DNA of 64,000 nt from Gammaproteobacteria bacterium (GTDB taxonomy: Bacteria; Pseudomonadota; Gammaproteobacteria; Burkholderiales; JAHFRG01), in the NCBI GenBank assembly GCA_041495205.1, contig JBGQCF010000001.1, positions 64,429 through 128,428 of the forward strand, read 5' to 3'. Made by a program: the position numbers and the translations under genes. Below the pieces are notes generated by a model. It had not been told where the DNA came from, did not search any database, and saw only the letters and a list, made by a program, of their open reading frames with translations. The stretch's first letter is position 1. Every line of letters starts with the position of its first letter. Positions 36,056 to 44,416 of the stretch are shown here, piece by piece.

Positions 36056-37699
36056 CTAAATGTGTGCCACCTTCAATTGAAAATTGACATGAGAACAAAG
36101 CCAGGCCTTAAGCTGGTCCGGCCCCGAGATAATAGGGATTCCATGGGCTGCCCTGTCATCGCTTTGCAAGTGACTGGTAGGATCATAATACACGGAAGGC
36201 TTGCCCAGCTCCCTGGCGATCAACGCCGTCGAAGTAAACGGCATGGAAATCACCGCGCAACTCGACTCGATAACCCGCAAGGCAGAGATTTCTGGTTCAA
36301 CCAACACAATGCCCCCTCGCTTGGATAGCCTGTCTGCGAAATGCCGGTATTGCGGATGCGCAATGTTGCCAATTCTTCGTTTGCGCTTCCACAACATAAC
36401 TACATCCAACTGGTGAGTGGCATCGGCAATGTGCTCCAGAAACCTTTCACTCGTGGCAGGAATGTAGAATTCGTAATCGGCACCCAATAAGCAGTAACTT
36501 GACAGCCTGTGAGGCGTGATATCGAAAACTGCCACTCCGGGCCTTTCTGGTTGTGGCATCTCGACGGCACTACTCTGGAAGTAGATCGGGCCGACGACGC
36601 TTACGTTAGCGCTCTCGCCGACGGCACGGCGGACGAAATCCGCTTGATACTCATCCCATACCAGATAGTGAGGCCAATTCATGGCCTGCCAGCCATACAT
36701 GAGTTTTGGGTAGCCATTTGGTCGCTTAAAAGATTCGCAATTAGTTGAGTAGAAATAAAAGGTGATCCGAGAACCATGCTTTTCCGCTTCGTACGTCCAG
36801 AGTGGCCGGTAGATCCAGCCCGAATTGTGGAACAGATAATCCCGAGCCAAACTGTTGGGCTCATACGTGCGTATCGTTTCGGCTAAAGATGCTTCGCCAA
36901 GCATAAGCGCATGCCACCAACGGCCGCGCAAAAGGTCGAAAACTGCAAGTGCACCTGACGCAATACTCCATCCAATGAAGCGCACCAATGCACCAATTTG
37001 AGTCAATGGCGAGATGGCTGATGGCACCGGGATTACGGGTATGCCGTCAACGGCACTCGGAGCGACACCCTCGACGCTGTGACATAGCGTATCGAGTTCA
37101 CCAATTCTGCCAGGCCATTGCTGATACCAGGTCACAATGTCGTGGCTGCGTCCGTCCTTGCAAGGCTGAGGCAGGTTATCCGCAGTGAGTGTGCCAAAAT
37201 ACGCAAACCTTCCTGGCGCTCGAAACGAGGGACGGATTATTTCCTTCACGCTGCCGGCAAGTCGCCTTGCGATTAACACCATCCCGTAAGCGAGAAACAA
37301 GGCAACAAAACCGTTCCACGCTAACGCCGACCGAATCTTTGCGACCTTGAAACCGTGCTGCTCGACAACTCGACGCCATTCAGGCGGCAGAGGGTGAACC
37401 ACATCGGAGCCAGGCTTTCCGAGCGCGTAGAGCAGTGCTTTATTGAGATTCAACCCACCCACACGAACCAACAGATACTGCCGGATGACAAGTTCCGCAT
37501 CCGTTAAGCCGGCGCCAAAAATGCGCTTTGAAGCGCGGCCCTTGCATTGGTTTAACCGGGTGTTTGTTAAAGCTTCTTTAACGGCCGTAATTCTGCCAAG
37601 TTGATTCGACACTTTCAGGGACCGATAGCCTCGCATCATGCGCCTAAGACGCCGGCGTCCCCTGCGTTGCAGTAAATCAGTAATCAAAGGTATTTTCAT
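36056..37699 (-). CDS. Uncharacterised polysaccharide-biosynthesis protein carrying a PFTS motif
   Basis: 547 aa. AVISMPFTSTALIARELGKPSVYYDP contains the PFTS motif that I recall as the name-giving feature of a RefSeq family ('polysaccharide biosynthesis PFTS motif protein'). Its biochemical role is unknown to me. Confidence 0.45.
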   Translation of the reverse strand: MKIPLITDLLQRRGRRRLRRMMRGYRSLKVSNQLGRITAVKEALTNTRLNQCKGRASKRIFGAGLTDAELVIRQYLLVRVGGLNLNKALLYALGKPGSDVVHPLPPEWRRVVEQHGFKVAKIRSALAWNGFVALFLAYGMVLIARRLAGSVKEIIRPSFRAPGRFAYFGTLTADNLPQPCKDGRSHDIVTWYQQWPGRIGELDTLCHSVEGVAPSAVDGIPVIPVPSAISPLTQIGALVRFIGWSIASGALAVFDLLRGRWWHALMLGEASLAETIRTYEPNSLARDYLFHNSGWIYRPLWTYEAEKHGSRITFYFYSTNCESFKRPNGYPKLMYGWQAMNWPHYLVWDEYQADFVRRAVGESANVSVVGPIYFQSSAVEMPQPERPGVAVFDITPHRLSSYCLLGADYEFYIPATSERFLEHIADATHQLDVVMLWKRKRRIGNIAHPQYRHFADRLSKRGGIVLVEPEISALRVIESSCAVISMPFTSTALIARELGKPSVYYDPTSHLQSDDRAAHGIPIISGPDQLKAWLCSHVNFQLKVAHI

Positions 37700-37744
37700 G
37701 CGAGATTGAAGATGCGCTCAAAGCCTGGAGAGCTGGAAGAGGAA

Positions 37745-38332
37745 CTACGGTTCGTGGTTTTCAAGACGCCAGATCATGGTGAGTGCCCCAGACATAGGCT
37801 TCTGAATATGGGGAGTATCAGCCACGACAAACCCAACCTTCTCATATGCCTTCACGGCTGTAAGATTATCCTTACTAACGCCCAACAAAATCTGCCTGAT
37901 ACTGCGATGTTCCTTGAGCCATCGCGCGCTTGCATTGAGAACCTCTGCTGCTACCCCCTTGCTCCGATAGGCAGGGTCCCCAATCAACATACCCATGATG
38001 GCGTAGCCCAAGCCCGAGTTCACCGGTTCGTACTTGATATTGCCGATGTGCAGTCCGGAGGCCTTCTCGAAGATGCCGAGGAAAAGAATGTCGTCTCGCC
38101 CAATGCGCTCAAGCACATACTGCCTGAGATCAGAGAGTTTCCGCACTACTGTCGCAGCAGCAATGAACTTCTTGGATTCCGAATCACTTAGCCAATCGAG
38201 GTATCTTTGCGTGACATCCTTTTCGGTAAGCTCACGAAGCAGGAATCGTTCAGTGTTTATTTCAACCTTGGCAGTCATCTCACGAAGATATTCTATTGCC
38301 TGCTCAACACTGGCCGTCATGGTTAGACGCAA
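37745..38332 (-). CDS. GNAT-family N-acetyltransferase (RimJ/RimL-like)
   Basis: 195 aa. LRELTEKDV..., GDPAYRSKGVAAEVL (acetyl-CoA binding Q/RxxGxG/A-like block) and AYEKVGF. Confidence 0.7.
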   Translation of the reverse strand: MRLTMTASVEQAIEYLREMTAKVEINTERFLLRELTEKDVTQRYLDWLSDSESKKFIAAATVVRKLSDLRQYVLERIGRDDILFLGIFEKASGLHIGNIKYEPVNSGLGYAIMGMLIGDPAYRSKGVAAEVLNASARWLKEHRSIRQILLGVSKDNLTAVKAYEKVGFVVADTPHIQKPMSGALTMIWRLENHEP

Positions 38333-38341
38333 TCTAGCGCA

Positions 38342-39385
38342 CTACCCCACCAACTCCCACCTCATCGGTGTACCCTTCTTCACATCCTGATTTACTCGAC
38401 GTCCCAAAAGCATCTCGTAATACTTCGGTGGCAATCCCATCCCAGGACGCACACAGCGCAGATTCTCCAGTGTTAGCACCTCCCCTGCCTTGAGATCTGC
38501 TGCAATATAAATTGATCGCCGAAACACCAACGATTTCTTCTCAGCCTCGCTTGGACCATAGGTCACCTGCCCCAATGACTGCCATGCCCGTTCAGTCTCA
38601 ACCACCAGCGCACGCAGTTCCTCGGGTTCTAGCGAGAAGCTACTGTCTACGCCGCCATCGGCACGGCGCAGGGTGAAGTGTTTCTCGATGACCGTGGCAC
38701 CGTGGGCGACCGCCGCCACCGATGCACCCACTCCCATGGTGTGATCTGACAACCCCACTTCACAGTTGAACAGAGTGCGTAGGTGAGGAATGGTGAGCAC
38801 GTTGCTATCTTTTGCTGTAGCTGGATAGGTGCTGGTGCATTTGAGTAAAACAAGATCTCGGCAGCCGGCCTCGCGGGCGGCGCGCACGGCATCGTCGATT
38901 TCGGCCAGTGTCGCCATGCCGGTGGAGATGATCATCGGCTTACCGGTGGTCGCCACCTTTCGGATTAGCGGCAGATGTACGTTCTCGAACGACGCGATCT
39001 TGTAGGCGGGCACATCCAGCCCTTCGAGAAAATCGACCGCGCTTTCGTCGAACGGCGTGCTGAAGCAGAGCATGCCCCGTTCGCGCGCCCGCTGCATGAT
39101 GGGTAAATGCCATTCCCATGGAGTGTAGGCGAGCTTGTAGAGATCGTGCAGACTCTTGCCCTTCCAGAGGCTCTGCTCGTCATCGATGAAAAATTCGCCC
39201 TCTCGGACATCCAGGGTAATGGTATCCGCGGTAAAAGTCTGTAGCTTGAGGGCATGAGCGCCGGCCTTGGCTGCGGCCTCGACGATTTGCAGCGCCCGTT
39301 CAAGCGACTGGTTATGGTTGCCGGACATTTCCGCGATTACAAAAGGCGGCGCGTCGAGTCCGATCTTTCTTTCAGCTATTTGCAT
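38342..39385 (-). CDS. pseI: Pseudaminic acid synthase (NeuB family, PseI-type)
   Basis: The ORF-track start 39628 is an artefactual extension overlapping the upstream gene. ATG 39385 gives MQIAERKIGLDAPPFVIAEMSGNHNQSL. KLQTFTADTITL, SLWKGKSLHDLYKLAYTPWEWH (the insert I associate with PseI rather than NeuB/LegI), YKIASFEN and GLSDHT support the call, with a C-terminal SAF domain. Confidence 0.75.
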   Translation of the reverse strand: MQIAERKIGLDAPPFVIAEMSGNHNQSLERALQIVEAAAKAGAHALKLQTFTADTITLDVREGEFFIDDEQSLWKGKSLHDLYKLAYTPWEWHLPIMQRARERGMLCFSTPFDESAVDFLEGLDVPAYKIASFENVHLPLIRKVATTGKPMIISTGMATLAEIDDAVRAAREAGCRDLVLLKCTSTYPATAKDSNVLTIPHLRTLFNCEVGLSDHTMGVGASVAAVAHGATVIEKHFTLRRADGGVDSSFSLEPEELRALVVETERAWQSLGQVTYGPSEAEKKSLVFRRSIYIAADLKAGEVLTLENLRCVRPGMGLPPKYYEMLLGRRVNQDVKKGTPMRWELVG

Positions 39386-39396
39386 GGTCGTCCTGC

Positions 39397-40086
39397 CTAG
39401 CGTGAAATAAGCTTGCGTCCGAGGATGAAGGCTTCTGCCGCTTCCACGCCAACTGTCGCTCCGCGCCAGCGCGCCAGAGCTTCCACCGCCTGCAGCGATC
39501 GCGGATGGGGAAATTCCCGCAATTCGCCGGCATAGGCGCTGAGGGCGGAGCGCTTGATGTCCAGCGTGGCCGAAATATCCACAAAATAATTGGGCAGGAA
39601 AGGTTCCGCCGAGCCCGGAGGACGCCATTCCGTGGAGGACGGCACTTCGAAGAACAGCAACTCCTGAACCGGATGCCCGGGCTGCGGCCGGCAGGCGGCG
39701 ATTACGGCCTCATGCACCACTTGATGATCGATGTTCACATCGCCGGAGTGGTGAGTGAGCAGCGTTGACGGCCGGTATCGATCGATGAAACTTTCGATCT
39801 TCTTGACCACATCCAACAGGTCCAGCCCGTCGAGGCGGTTATCCGGCAAAGCCAGGCTTTCCACCGAAGCACAACCTAGGATACCGCAGGCGGCTTGTGC
39901 CGCCGCATTTCGCGCCGCCATTCGACCGACATCGCCTGAACTTGCAGCCTCCGGCGCCCTCGAGCCTTCCCCATCGGCCATAAGCAATACATGCACTGAG
40001 CGGCCCTCTTGCGCATAGCGGGCGATGGTTCCGCCGCAACCGAGCACTTCGTCATCTGGATGAGCCGCTACTATCAGGATAGACAT
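39397..40086 (-). CDS. PIG-L/LmbE-family N-deacetylase
   Basis: ILIVAAHPDDEVLGCGGT and HSGDVNIDH metal-binding motifs. Confidence 0.8.
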   Translation of the reverse strand: MSILIVAAHPDDEVLGCGGTIARYAQEGRSVHVLLMADGEGSRAPEAASSGDVGRMAARNAAAQAACGILGCASVESLALPDNRLDGLDLLDVVKKIESFIDRYRPSTLLTHHSGDVNIDHQVVHEAVIAACRPQPGHPVQELLFFEVPSSTEWRPPGSAEPFLPNYFVDISATLDIKRSALSAYAGELREFPHPRSLQAVEALARWRGATVGVEAAEAFILGRKLISR

Positions 40087-40089
40087 GAG

Positions 40090-40875
40090 CTAGTCCAATT
40101 TCGCCGTCAAAACGTTCCTGACAAGGTACGCGGAAATATTGCGTCCGAGGAGCGCGTCCCTCGACGCCACCAATCCCTGATGGGTGCCGCGACCCGTGTA
40201 TTTGATGGATTGGCCGTGCAGGTCGGTCAGGCGCCCTCCTGCCTCGGAAAGAATGAGTTCCGGCCCGGCAACATCCCAATCTCTAACCGGCACATCTTTG
40301 GCGAACGCGTCAGCCGAACCCTCGGCAACACGGCAAATCTTCAATCCCAGGCTTCCGCTTTCGATATATCCTTTGAATGACAAGTCGTTGTACACGCCAG
40401 CCGCCATCCCTCTGGGTTCAGGATAATTGTCAATCAACGTCAGACCCAGCGTCGTCTTGTATGGAAGCCGGCGACCATTCATGAACGCGCCAGAACCCCG
40501 GTTTGCAACAAACATCTCATCCGTGGCGGGCGCATAAACAACCGCAATCAGCGGTTCGCCATGGTCCATTAGGGCAAGCTGAGTGACATATCCGGAAAAA
40601 CCGGCAATGTAACTCGCAGTACCGTCGATCGGATCAATCAGCCAATAGCGCCCTTCGCGGAAATCAGGCGGCCCTCCCCGATCTTCCTCGCTGATTACAG
40701 GGTATTGGGTATGCAATCTGGACAACCCGGCGCAAATCATTTGATGCGCCCACTCGTCAGCCTTTGCGTGATACTGGGTGCCGTCCCACGACCCTTCGGC
40801 TCCACCGTCGGAAAGCCAGCCCCTAAGCGACGCGCCTACTTCGCGCATCATGCCGCTCAAGGCGTCAAGCATCAA
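40090..40875 (-). CDS. Inositol-monophosphatase / CysQ-family phosphatase
   Basis: ISEED, WLIDPIDGT and WDVAGPELIL are the IMPase-family metal-binding motifs. Confidence 0.75.
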   Translation of the reverse strand: MMLDALSGMMREVGASLRGWLSDGGAEGSWDGTQYHAKADEWAHQMICAGLSRLHTQYPVISEEDRGGPPDFREGRYWLIDPIDGTASYIAGFSGYVTQLALMDHGEPLIAVVYAPATDEMFVANRGSGAFMNGRRLPYKTTLGLTLIDNYPEPRGMAAGVYNDLSFKGYIESGSLGLKICRVAEGSADAFAKDVPVRDWDVAGPELILSEAGGRLTDLHGQSIKYTGRGTHQGLVASRDALLGRNISAYLVRNVLTAKLD

Positions 40876-41825
40876 ACCAACTCCTTAACCAGATTCATCT
40901 CATGACCTCTGATTGCCCCGATTTCAAAATCCTTCTGCTCGCGGGCACACTGTGCCAGCCACTCGGACTGGGGCGTCGGTTTCACGCCGGAGAACAAAAA
41001 CAAGTTCGATCCAGTGATATTCAACGCGCTTTCGCGCCACAAAGGTTCAATATCCAAATAGGCCGGCAATCGCTGCCGCAATATCTGCTCAGGGGCATCA
41101 ATCATGCATGGTTCTTTGCCCAATCCGGCAGAGATATCCCGAACCACTTGCCGAACCGCTATCCCCGCGTGGGGCAGGCACTCCCACATCACACGATCAT
41201 TTTCAAGCATTGATTGCAGACTTTCCACGATAGCACTGGATAGGTCCTCTACCCATGCAATTTGGGCAAGGTTCGTCCCGCCATTTACCAGGATAATGGG
41301 ATTGCCGTCCTGTATGCGATTGGCATAAAACGCCACGCGGCCGGTGTGATCATGGCTGCCCCAGAAGATTGGCAGCCTCAGGATTATTGCCTTACGTCCC
41401 TTTGATTGCTGAACATCAACCGCCCGCTCGGCTTCATTCTTCCCAAGCAGGTATTTCCGCGTGACAGGCAGAAGATTCTTCATCTTCTCATCTGCGGGAC
41501 GATCAATCAACTGGTCGGCGTCCCGGCTATGGCCCAACCGCGTCACCCACGTCGAAGAGATAAGAAAATAGGGGACTTTTGCGATACATCCAAGCGCTTC
41601 GCTTACGTCGAAAGAATCGTAGGCCAGGAAATCAAACACCGCATCGAATGCATCCGCTGACACGCTTCTCAAGCCCTGCGATCGTTCGGAGAGAACGCAT
41701 TTTATGCCGGTTGGCAAGTTGTCGCCGCGGCGCGATATCACCGTCACCTCTTGATTTTTGGACAAAAGTCTTCGAATTAGTGCTAACCCGAGGAGGCGGG
41801 TACCGCCGATAACCAACACCTTCAT
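40872..41825 (-). CDS. NAD-dependent epimerase/dehydratase-family protein (atypical SDR)
   Basis: MKVLVIGGTRLLGLALIRRLL Rossmann start. I recognised no clear YxxxK, so the function is uncertain. Confidence 0.55.
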   Translation of the reverse strand: MKVLVIGGTRLLGLALIRRLLSKNQEVTVISRRGDNLPTGIKCVLSERSQGLRSVSADAFDAVFDFLAYDSFDVSEALGCIAKVPYFLISSTWVTRLGHSRDADQLIDRPADEKMKNLLPVTRKYLLGKNEAERAVDVQQSKGRKAIILRLPIFWGSHDHTGRVAFYANRIQDGNPIILVNGGTNLAQIAWVEDLSSAIVESLQSMLENDRVMWECLPHAGIAVRQVVRDISAGLGKEPCMIDAPEQILRQRLPAYLDIEPLWRESALNITGSNLFLFSGVKPTPQSEWLAQCAREQKDFEIGAIRGHEMNLVKELV

Positions 41826-41829
41826 GTTG

Positions 41830-42879
41830 CTACGCTATGAATTCATTCAGCCACGTCCTTCTCAGCTTCAGGCCGTGCGAGAAAGACATGAGACCATCGG
41901 GCGCAGTCACTGAATCCTGCGACTCGCCCAAATAGACGGATACAAAATCGATGCCTGCGGCCAGCACCAAACACGCGGTCGTCGATATGCGCGGGTTTAT
42001 TTCGAACGGTTTCGCATCTCCCGCTCCAGTTTTCACGAGCTGGATGTTGTAACACCCCCCGACGGGTTGAGCTGCGTGAATTGCGGCACAGGAAGCGATC
42101 ACGCGTTCATCGTTATCCGTTTCCGCACGCAGGGTAATTCCACGCTTGATTCCGACCTTTACCGGGACGACGGCGCGCAATTTTCCCGCCCGGTCGGCGG
42201 CCATCATCACCGTATATTCCTGTCCCACAAGCAACTCCTGCAGGACGAACTCCTCCGGACGGCGACCGGAGAGAACGATATGCGCCTGCAATTCCTGTTC
42301 GGAGCGAACGATGGCAACGCCGCGCGAGCCTCGCCCCTGGCGTGGTTTGACGATGCACGGGAAGGGAATTTGCAGATGCCCGCTGAGCGGTTTGGTCTCC
42401 GGAACGGGCACACCGTGTCCCCGGAGAAGTGCGTTGGACGTCAATTTGTCAAGGTGGGCACTGACGAATGTAGCAGATGGAAGCAATACCTCGCATTTCA
42501 TTCCATCCCGCGCATTCGCAATGGGCAGCAGTTCCTCGTCAACGCCGGGGATAAGAAGGTCCGCTTCGATTTCACAGCACAGGCGCTGGAGTTCCCCGAC
42601 GAATGCGGGGGCGGACGCAAATGGTATCTGGTGCCACCGGTTCGATGCGATTGAATGGGGTTTGGCATCATTGTCGGCATCGGCAAAATGCACTTCGTAA
42701 CGCGCATCCAGCAAGCGGTTGAGCGCCTCGGTGCCAGCGCCGCCGCCACCGGTGAAAAGCAGTCTCTTGCTCGCGTTATCAGGAAACCGGCTGGCTACAA
42801 TGGTCGACACTGCCTTCCTTATCAATCCCAGGACCGCATCAAAGCGTAAGGCGATACGCGACGGCGCCCCGCGCCCCAT
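41830..42879 (-). CDS. ATP-grasp domain protein
   Basis: FPCIVKPRQGRGSRGVAIV, FVLQELLVGQEYTV and FEINPRISTT are ATP-grasp blocks. The start is uncertain because of a 41-nt overlap with the upstream gene. Confidence 0.7.
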   Translation of the reverse strand: MGRGAPSRIALRFDAVLGLIRKAVSTIVASRFPDNASKRLLFTGGGGAGTEALNRLLDARYEVHFADADNDAKPHSIASNRWHQIPFASAPAFVGELQRLCCEIEADLLIPGVDEELLPIANARDGMKCEVLLPSATFVSAHLDKLTSNALLRGHGVPVPETKPLSGHLQIPFPCIVKPRQGRGSRGVAIVRSEQELQAHIVLSGRRPEEFVLQELLVGQEYTVMMAADRAGKLRAVVPVKVGIKRGITLRAETDNDERVIASCAAIHAAQPVGGCYNIQLVKTGAGDAKPFEINPRISTTACLVLAAGIDFVSVYLGESQDSVTAPDGLMSFSHGLKLRRTWLNEFIA

Positions 42880-44416
42880 CCGGCATGCCTTCGAATCCCA
42901 AGGACTCGAAAACCTTGCGCGACGGATGATTGCCGCACTTCACCTGACCGGTTACCGAGGCGCCGGGCATGTCGCCGCGAAGCTTCAGCAAAGCCGCTTC
43001 GAGGATGCGGCGACCCAGGCCACGCCCGCGAAACACTTGCGCAAGCGAGTAATCGACTTTCCATGTGTGGTCCTGGCGCTCGAATCGCACCTGTCCGAGC
43101 GCAATACCATCAGTTGTCTCGATGATATAGAGACGGCATCCATCCGGGTTGCGCAAACGCTTCTGAAACCAGACGCGATGGCTTGCCGCGGGGATCGGCT
43201 CCGGCGAGAAAGCGTTGGCGCGAGTACTTGGGTCATTGGCCCACCTCAGCAACAGCGCCTCGTCTTCCAGCCTGGCGAGCCGTACCCGCAGCAGAGTGCT
43301 TTCCGTTACCGTCAGCGCCGCGCAAACGCGATCGACTCCGCTGCCGTCAACCGCGCCGCGACAGCGCAGGGACCAATTTTCATCCAGATCCCGTCGCAGG
43401 AGTTCGTCCAAGGCCTTGGCGATCGTCGGCTCATCCACTTCATCCCGGTTTCCCAGCCAGCGAATCAGGCCGCGTTGATGCAATTCGGCGGCGATGGGGC
43501 GCTGGTTCTCCGACAAGGTCACCACCAAAGCGGGCAACCCGAGGCATAGACGCTCCCAACTGGTCGCCCCGCCGGCGCCTATGGCCAGATCGGCCGCCAT
43601 CATTAGCGGCGCCAGGGATGGCAGGCCACTATGGAGGTGAACGTTCCCGTGCCCCGCCGCCTGCCGTCGTATCTCCGCAGTATGCGGACCGGCGGCATTG
43701 ATGACCGCATCGACCACAATGTCGGTCCGGTTGAGTTGCAGAAATGCGGCGAGGGCGCGACCCATCAGATTGTCGCTGTCGGCGCCGCTGAAAAAAATGA
43801 AAATCCGGCGGATCGGCCCTTCCCGCGGGGGAGTGCGATCACGCAGCTCCCCATAGGCGGGTTGCAGCAGAGCGTATTCCGGCCCCAGCAACAGGCTGCA
43901 CGCCGCAGGCACTTTGCCGGCGTAGCGAATGTCCATCTGCGCCACCAGGTTCTGGTCGAGGAGCAGGTCGCAGTCATGCACCCTGTCGGCCAGATCATCG
44001 ATCACCATGATGCGCTCAGCCGATGTTCGCAGGGCGCTTTCCCAGCGGGAGTCGATGGCGTAGTGGTCAACCACCAGCCAGTCGAGCTTTTTGCCCATGA
44101 ATTCGATAGCGGCGCTGGTTTGCTCAGCATCCTCCTGCCAAGTGGCTCCAAGCCAAGCTGCATGGGCGAGGGTGCCTTTGGCTTGCATTCCTGGCTTGGG
44201 TGCAGACAATCGGCTGACGGTGAAGCTCCGCTCCTCAATCAGGTTGCAGAGGTGACCGTCGTGCTCACGGCAGACGAAAGACACCACTGCACCGTGCTCA
44301 CGTAGCGCATCCGCCAGCGTCAGGGAACGCATGACGTGACCGCGACCAATGGTCAGGGATGCGTCAGTGCGTACAACGACATTAGTCACTCGACCCATGA
44401 GCTGCCCCAATCTCAA
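42839..44416 (-). CDS. pseG: Bifunctional PseG (UDP-2,4-diacetamido-2,4,6-trideoxy-L-altropyranose hydrolase) :: PseH-like GNAT acetyltransferase
   Basis: N-terminal VVRTDASLTIGRGHVMRSLTLADALREHG and GAGGATSWERLCLGLP fit PseG. The C-terminal ~165 aa (LRVRLARLEDEALLLRWANDPSTRANAF...RGRGLGRRILEAAL) is a GNAT domain, as in PseH. Confidence 0.8.
   Translation of the reverse strand: MRLGQLMGRVTNVVVRTDASLTIGRGHVMRSLTLADALREHGAVVSFVCREHDGHLCNLIEERSFTVSRLSAPKPGMQAKGTLAHAAWLGATWQEDAEQTSAAIEFMGKKLDWLVVDHYAIDSRWESALRTSAERIMVIDDLADRVHDCDLLLDQNLVAQMDIRYAGKVPAACSLLLGPEYALLQPAYGELRDRTPPREGPIRRIFIFFSGADSDNLMGRALAAFLQLNRTDIVVDAVINAAGPHTAEIRRQAAGHGNVHLHSGLPSLAPLMMAADLAIGAGGATSWERLCLGLPALVVTLSENQRPIAAELHQRGLIRWLGNRDEVDEPTIAKALDELLRRDLDENWSLRCRGAVDGSGVDRVCAALTVTESTLLRVRLARLEDEALLLRWANDPSTRANAFSPEPIPAASHRVWFQKRLRNPDGCRLYIIETTDGIALGQVRFERQDHTWKVDYSLAQVFRGRGLGRRILEAALLKLRGDMPGASVTGQVKCGNHPSRKVFESLGFEGMPDGARGAVAYRLTL

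Noticed and set aside
38342-39628. The 428-aa version of the synthase ORF, with an 81-codon N-terminal extension.
   Set aside because: The extension overlaps the 3' end of the PIG-L gene and is Arg/Gly/Ser-rich junk. The conserved NeuB-family N-terminus begins at Met 39385, 11 nt after the upstream stop.
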